Positions 43,598 through 44,849 of a stretch of 44,849 nt of DNA are shown here, piece after piece. Source of the stretch: Escherichia phage EC115; sequence record NC_073080.1, one strand, 5' to 3'. The position numbers were made by a program, and so were the translations under genes. The stretch's first letter is position 1, and each line of letters opens with the position of its first letter. A model generated the notes under the pieces. That model saw only the letters and a list, made by a program, of their open reading frames with translations. It had not been told where the DNA came from and searched no databases.

Positions 43598-44740
43598 ATG
43601 CACCCGCAAACTAAAATTACCGATGAGCAATTGATCGCAGAAATTCAGGCAGGGACTACGGTTAAAGATATTGCGAAGAAATACGGGATTGCCCTACGCA
43701 ATGTTTATATGCGGAAAGCCCGCCTATCGAAAAAATGCATTGGACACGGCAACGATGCCGTAATCCGCAAGCGCGTTGCCGATGGCTTTGGGGTTAAGCG
43801 CGTATCGGCCCTGGTGCGCGGCAATGGCGAAGAGGTCATGTCGTGGGTCATCACTGAGCAGGACAAAGAGCGCCAACTCGAAGCCATGCGCGCTGTTGTC
43901 GAGGGTATGAACAGCGAAATCACACCGGCAGCGCCAGTAAAAGCCCCGCCAGTTCCGATCCAGGCGCTCGACTTGCTCAACCTGTACACCGTGTCAGACT
44001 TCCACCTGGGCATGTTGGCATGGGGCGAGGAGACTGGCGAAGACTGGGATATGGCGATCGCCGAAGACCTGTTCTACCGCTGGTTTGTCGAAGCCTTCGC
44101 ACGCGCCCCGGACGCAGGCACTGCCGTAATTAATATCCTCGGTGATATGGCCCACTTTGATAGCCTCGATGCTGTCACTCCGGCAAGTGGTCACATACTG
44201 GACGCGGACACCCGCTACCAGAGACTGGTACGATACATGATTCGCATGGTGCGCAACGTCGTCGAACTGGCGCTGCAAAAACACCACAAAGTCAAACTGC
44301 TAATCGTCCAGGGGAATCATGATGAGTCGGGCATGATTTGGCTTGCTGAGATGTTCAACACGCTGTACGAGAACGAGCCGCGCGTCGATGTGGACACGTC
44401 CCCGGACGTCTACAAAATGGTGCAGCACGGTAAGACCACGCTATTTTTCCACCACGGGCACAAAGCGCGATTCGATGCTATCGAGCAGGTTATGATCGCT
44501 AAATTCAGACAGGCGTTCGGGGCGAGCGAATACAGCTACGCGCACGTAGGTCATTTGCACCACCAGAAGATTGTTGAGTCCCGCAACATGATTGTTGAAC
44601 AGCACCGGACGCTCGCAGCGAAAGACGCCTACGCCAGCCGTGGTGGTTGGATGTCCGGTCGCAGCGCCAACGTCATTACCTACAGCGCCAACTACGGCGA
44701 AGTAGCGCGCTTAACCATTAGCCCGGAAATGTTGAAGTAA
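43598..44740 (+). CDS. Metallophosphatase with N-terminal HTH-like region
   Basis: 380 aa; calcineurin-like motifs ILGDMAH, GNHDE, GHLHH; N-terminal 40 aa resemble an HTH. Confidence 0.75.
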   Translation: MHPQTKITDEQLIAEIQAGTTVKDIAKKYGIALRNVYMRKARLSKKCIGHGNDAVIRKRVADGFGVKRVSALVRGNGEEVMSWVITEQDKERQLEAMRAVVEGMNSEITPAAPVKAPPVPIQALDLLNLYTVSDFHLGMLAWGEETGEDWDMAIAEDLFYRWFVEAFARAPDAGTAVINILGDMAHFDSLDAVTPASGHILDADTRYQRLVRYMIRMVRNVVELALQKHHKVKLLIVQGNHDESGMIWLAEMFNTLYENEPRVDVDTSPDVYKMVQHGKTTLFFHHGHKARFDAIEQVMIAKFRQAFGASEYSYAHVGHLHHQKIVESRNMIVEQHRTLAAKDAYASRGGWMSGRSANVITYSANYGEVARLTISPEMLK

Positions 44741-44751
44741 CGGCAACCCAT

Positions 44752-44787
44752 AAGCCTCCCAGCCTGCCGATTTGGTGGGCTTTTTTG
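44752..44787 (+). terminator. Intrinsic terminator after phosphatase gene
   Basis: Imperfect ~10 bp stem (AAGCCTCCCA / TGGTGGGCTT) followed by a T-run. Confidence 0.45.
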
Positions 44788-44791
44788 TGCC

Positions 44792-44800
44792 TGTTATAAT
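44792..44800 (+). promoter_or_regulatory. Extended -10 element (TGTTATAAT) pointing off the window end
   Basis: TGnTATAAT match 50 nt before the window end; would read into the terminase gene if the genome is circular or permuted. Confidence 0.3.
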
Positions 44801-44849
44801 CCCCCTTAGATGGCAGGGCCGTCTCCTATGTTGCCGATGGTCGGCGCAT

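Noticed and set aside
1-44849. tRNA genes, integrase, CI-like repressor, attP
   Set aside because: No cloverleaf-capable ~75 nt intergenic segment and no recombinase- or repressor-like ORF seen by eye; absence cannot be proven without tRNAscan or HMM searches.

Overview
The window reads as a complete or near-complete ~45 kb genome of a virulent tailed phage (siphovirus-type, lambda-like tail module); no integrase or repressor module was seen. Plus strand 1-24262 carries the late structural module: small and large terminase, portal, Mu-F-like head morphogenesis protein, an overlapped spanin pair, scaffold, major capsid, neck proteins, major tail protein, G/GT chaperones with a programmed -1 frameshift, tape measure, M-L-K-I-J tail tip and a tail fibre with a C-terminal chaperone domain. 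Minus strand 24289-36828 carries an early/replication module: family A DNA polymerase, VRR-NUC nuclease, SNF2-type helicase, T7 gp2.5-like SSB, DUF2800-type exonuclease, Dam and Dcm-like methyltransferases, HAD-like phosphatase and many small unknown ORFs. Plus strand 37231-44740 carries an HTH protein, a primase/helicase, small unknown genes, a holin-endolysin cassette and a metallophosphatase. The most unusual signals are two distant intergenic arrays of GCGGGACA iterons that share a long imperfect palindrome, a recurrent TTGGTTGCA 9-mer at about ten promoter regions (once as a perfect palindrome), reverse-oriented moron cassettes inside the structural module, and an orphan terminator that may define a small RNA. 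All calls rest on reading the sequence and the ORF translations by eye; no database search was run. CDS coordinates follow the supplied ORF track; terminator, promoter and repeat coordinates were counted by hand and may be off by a few bases.
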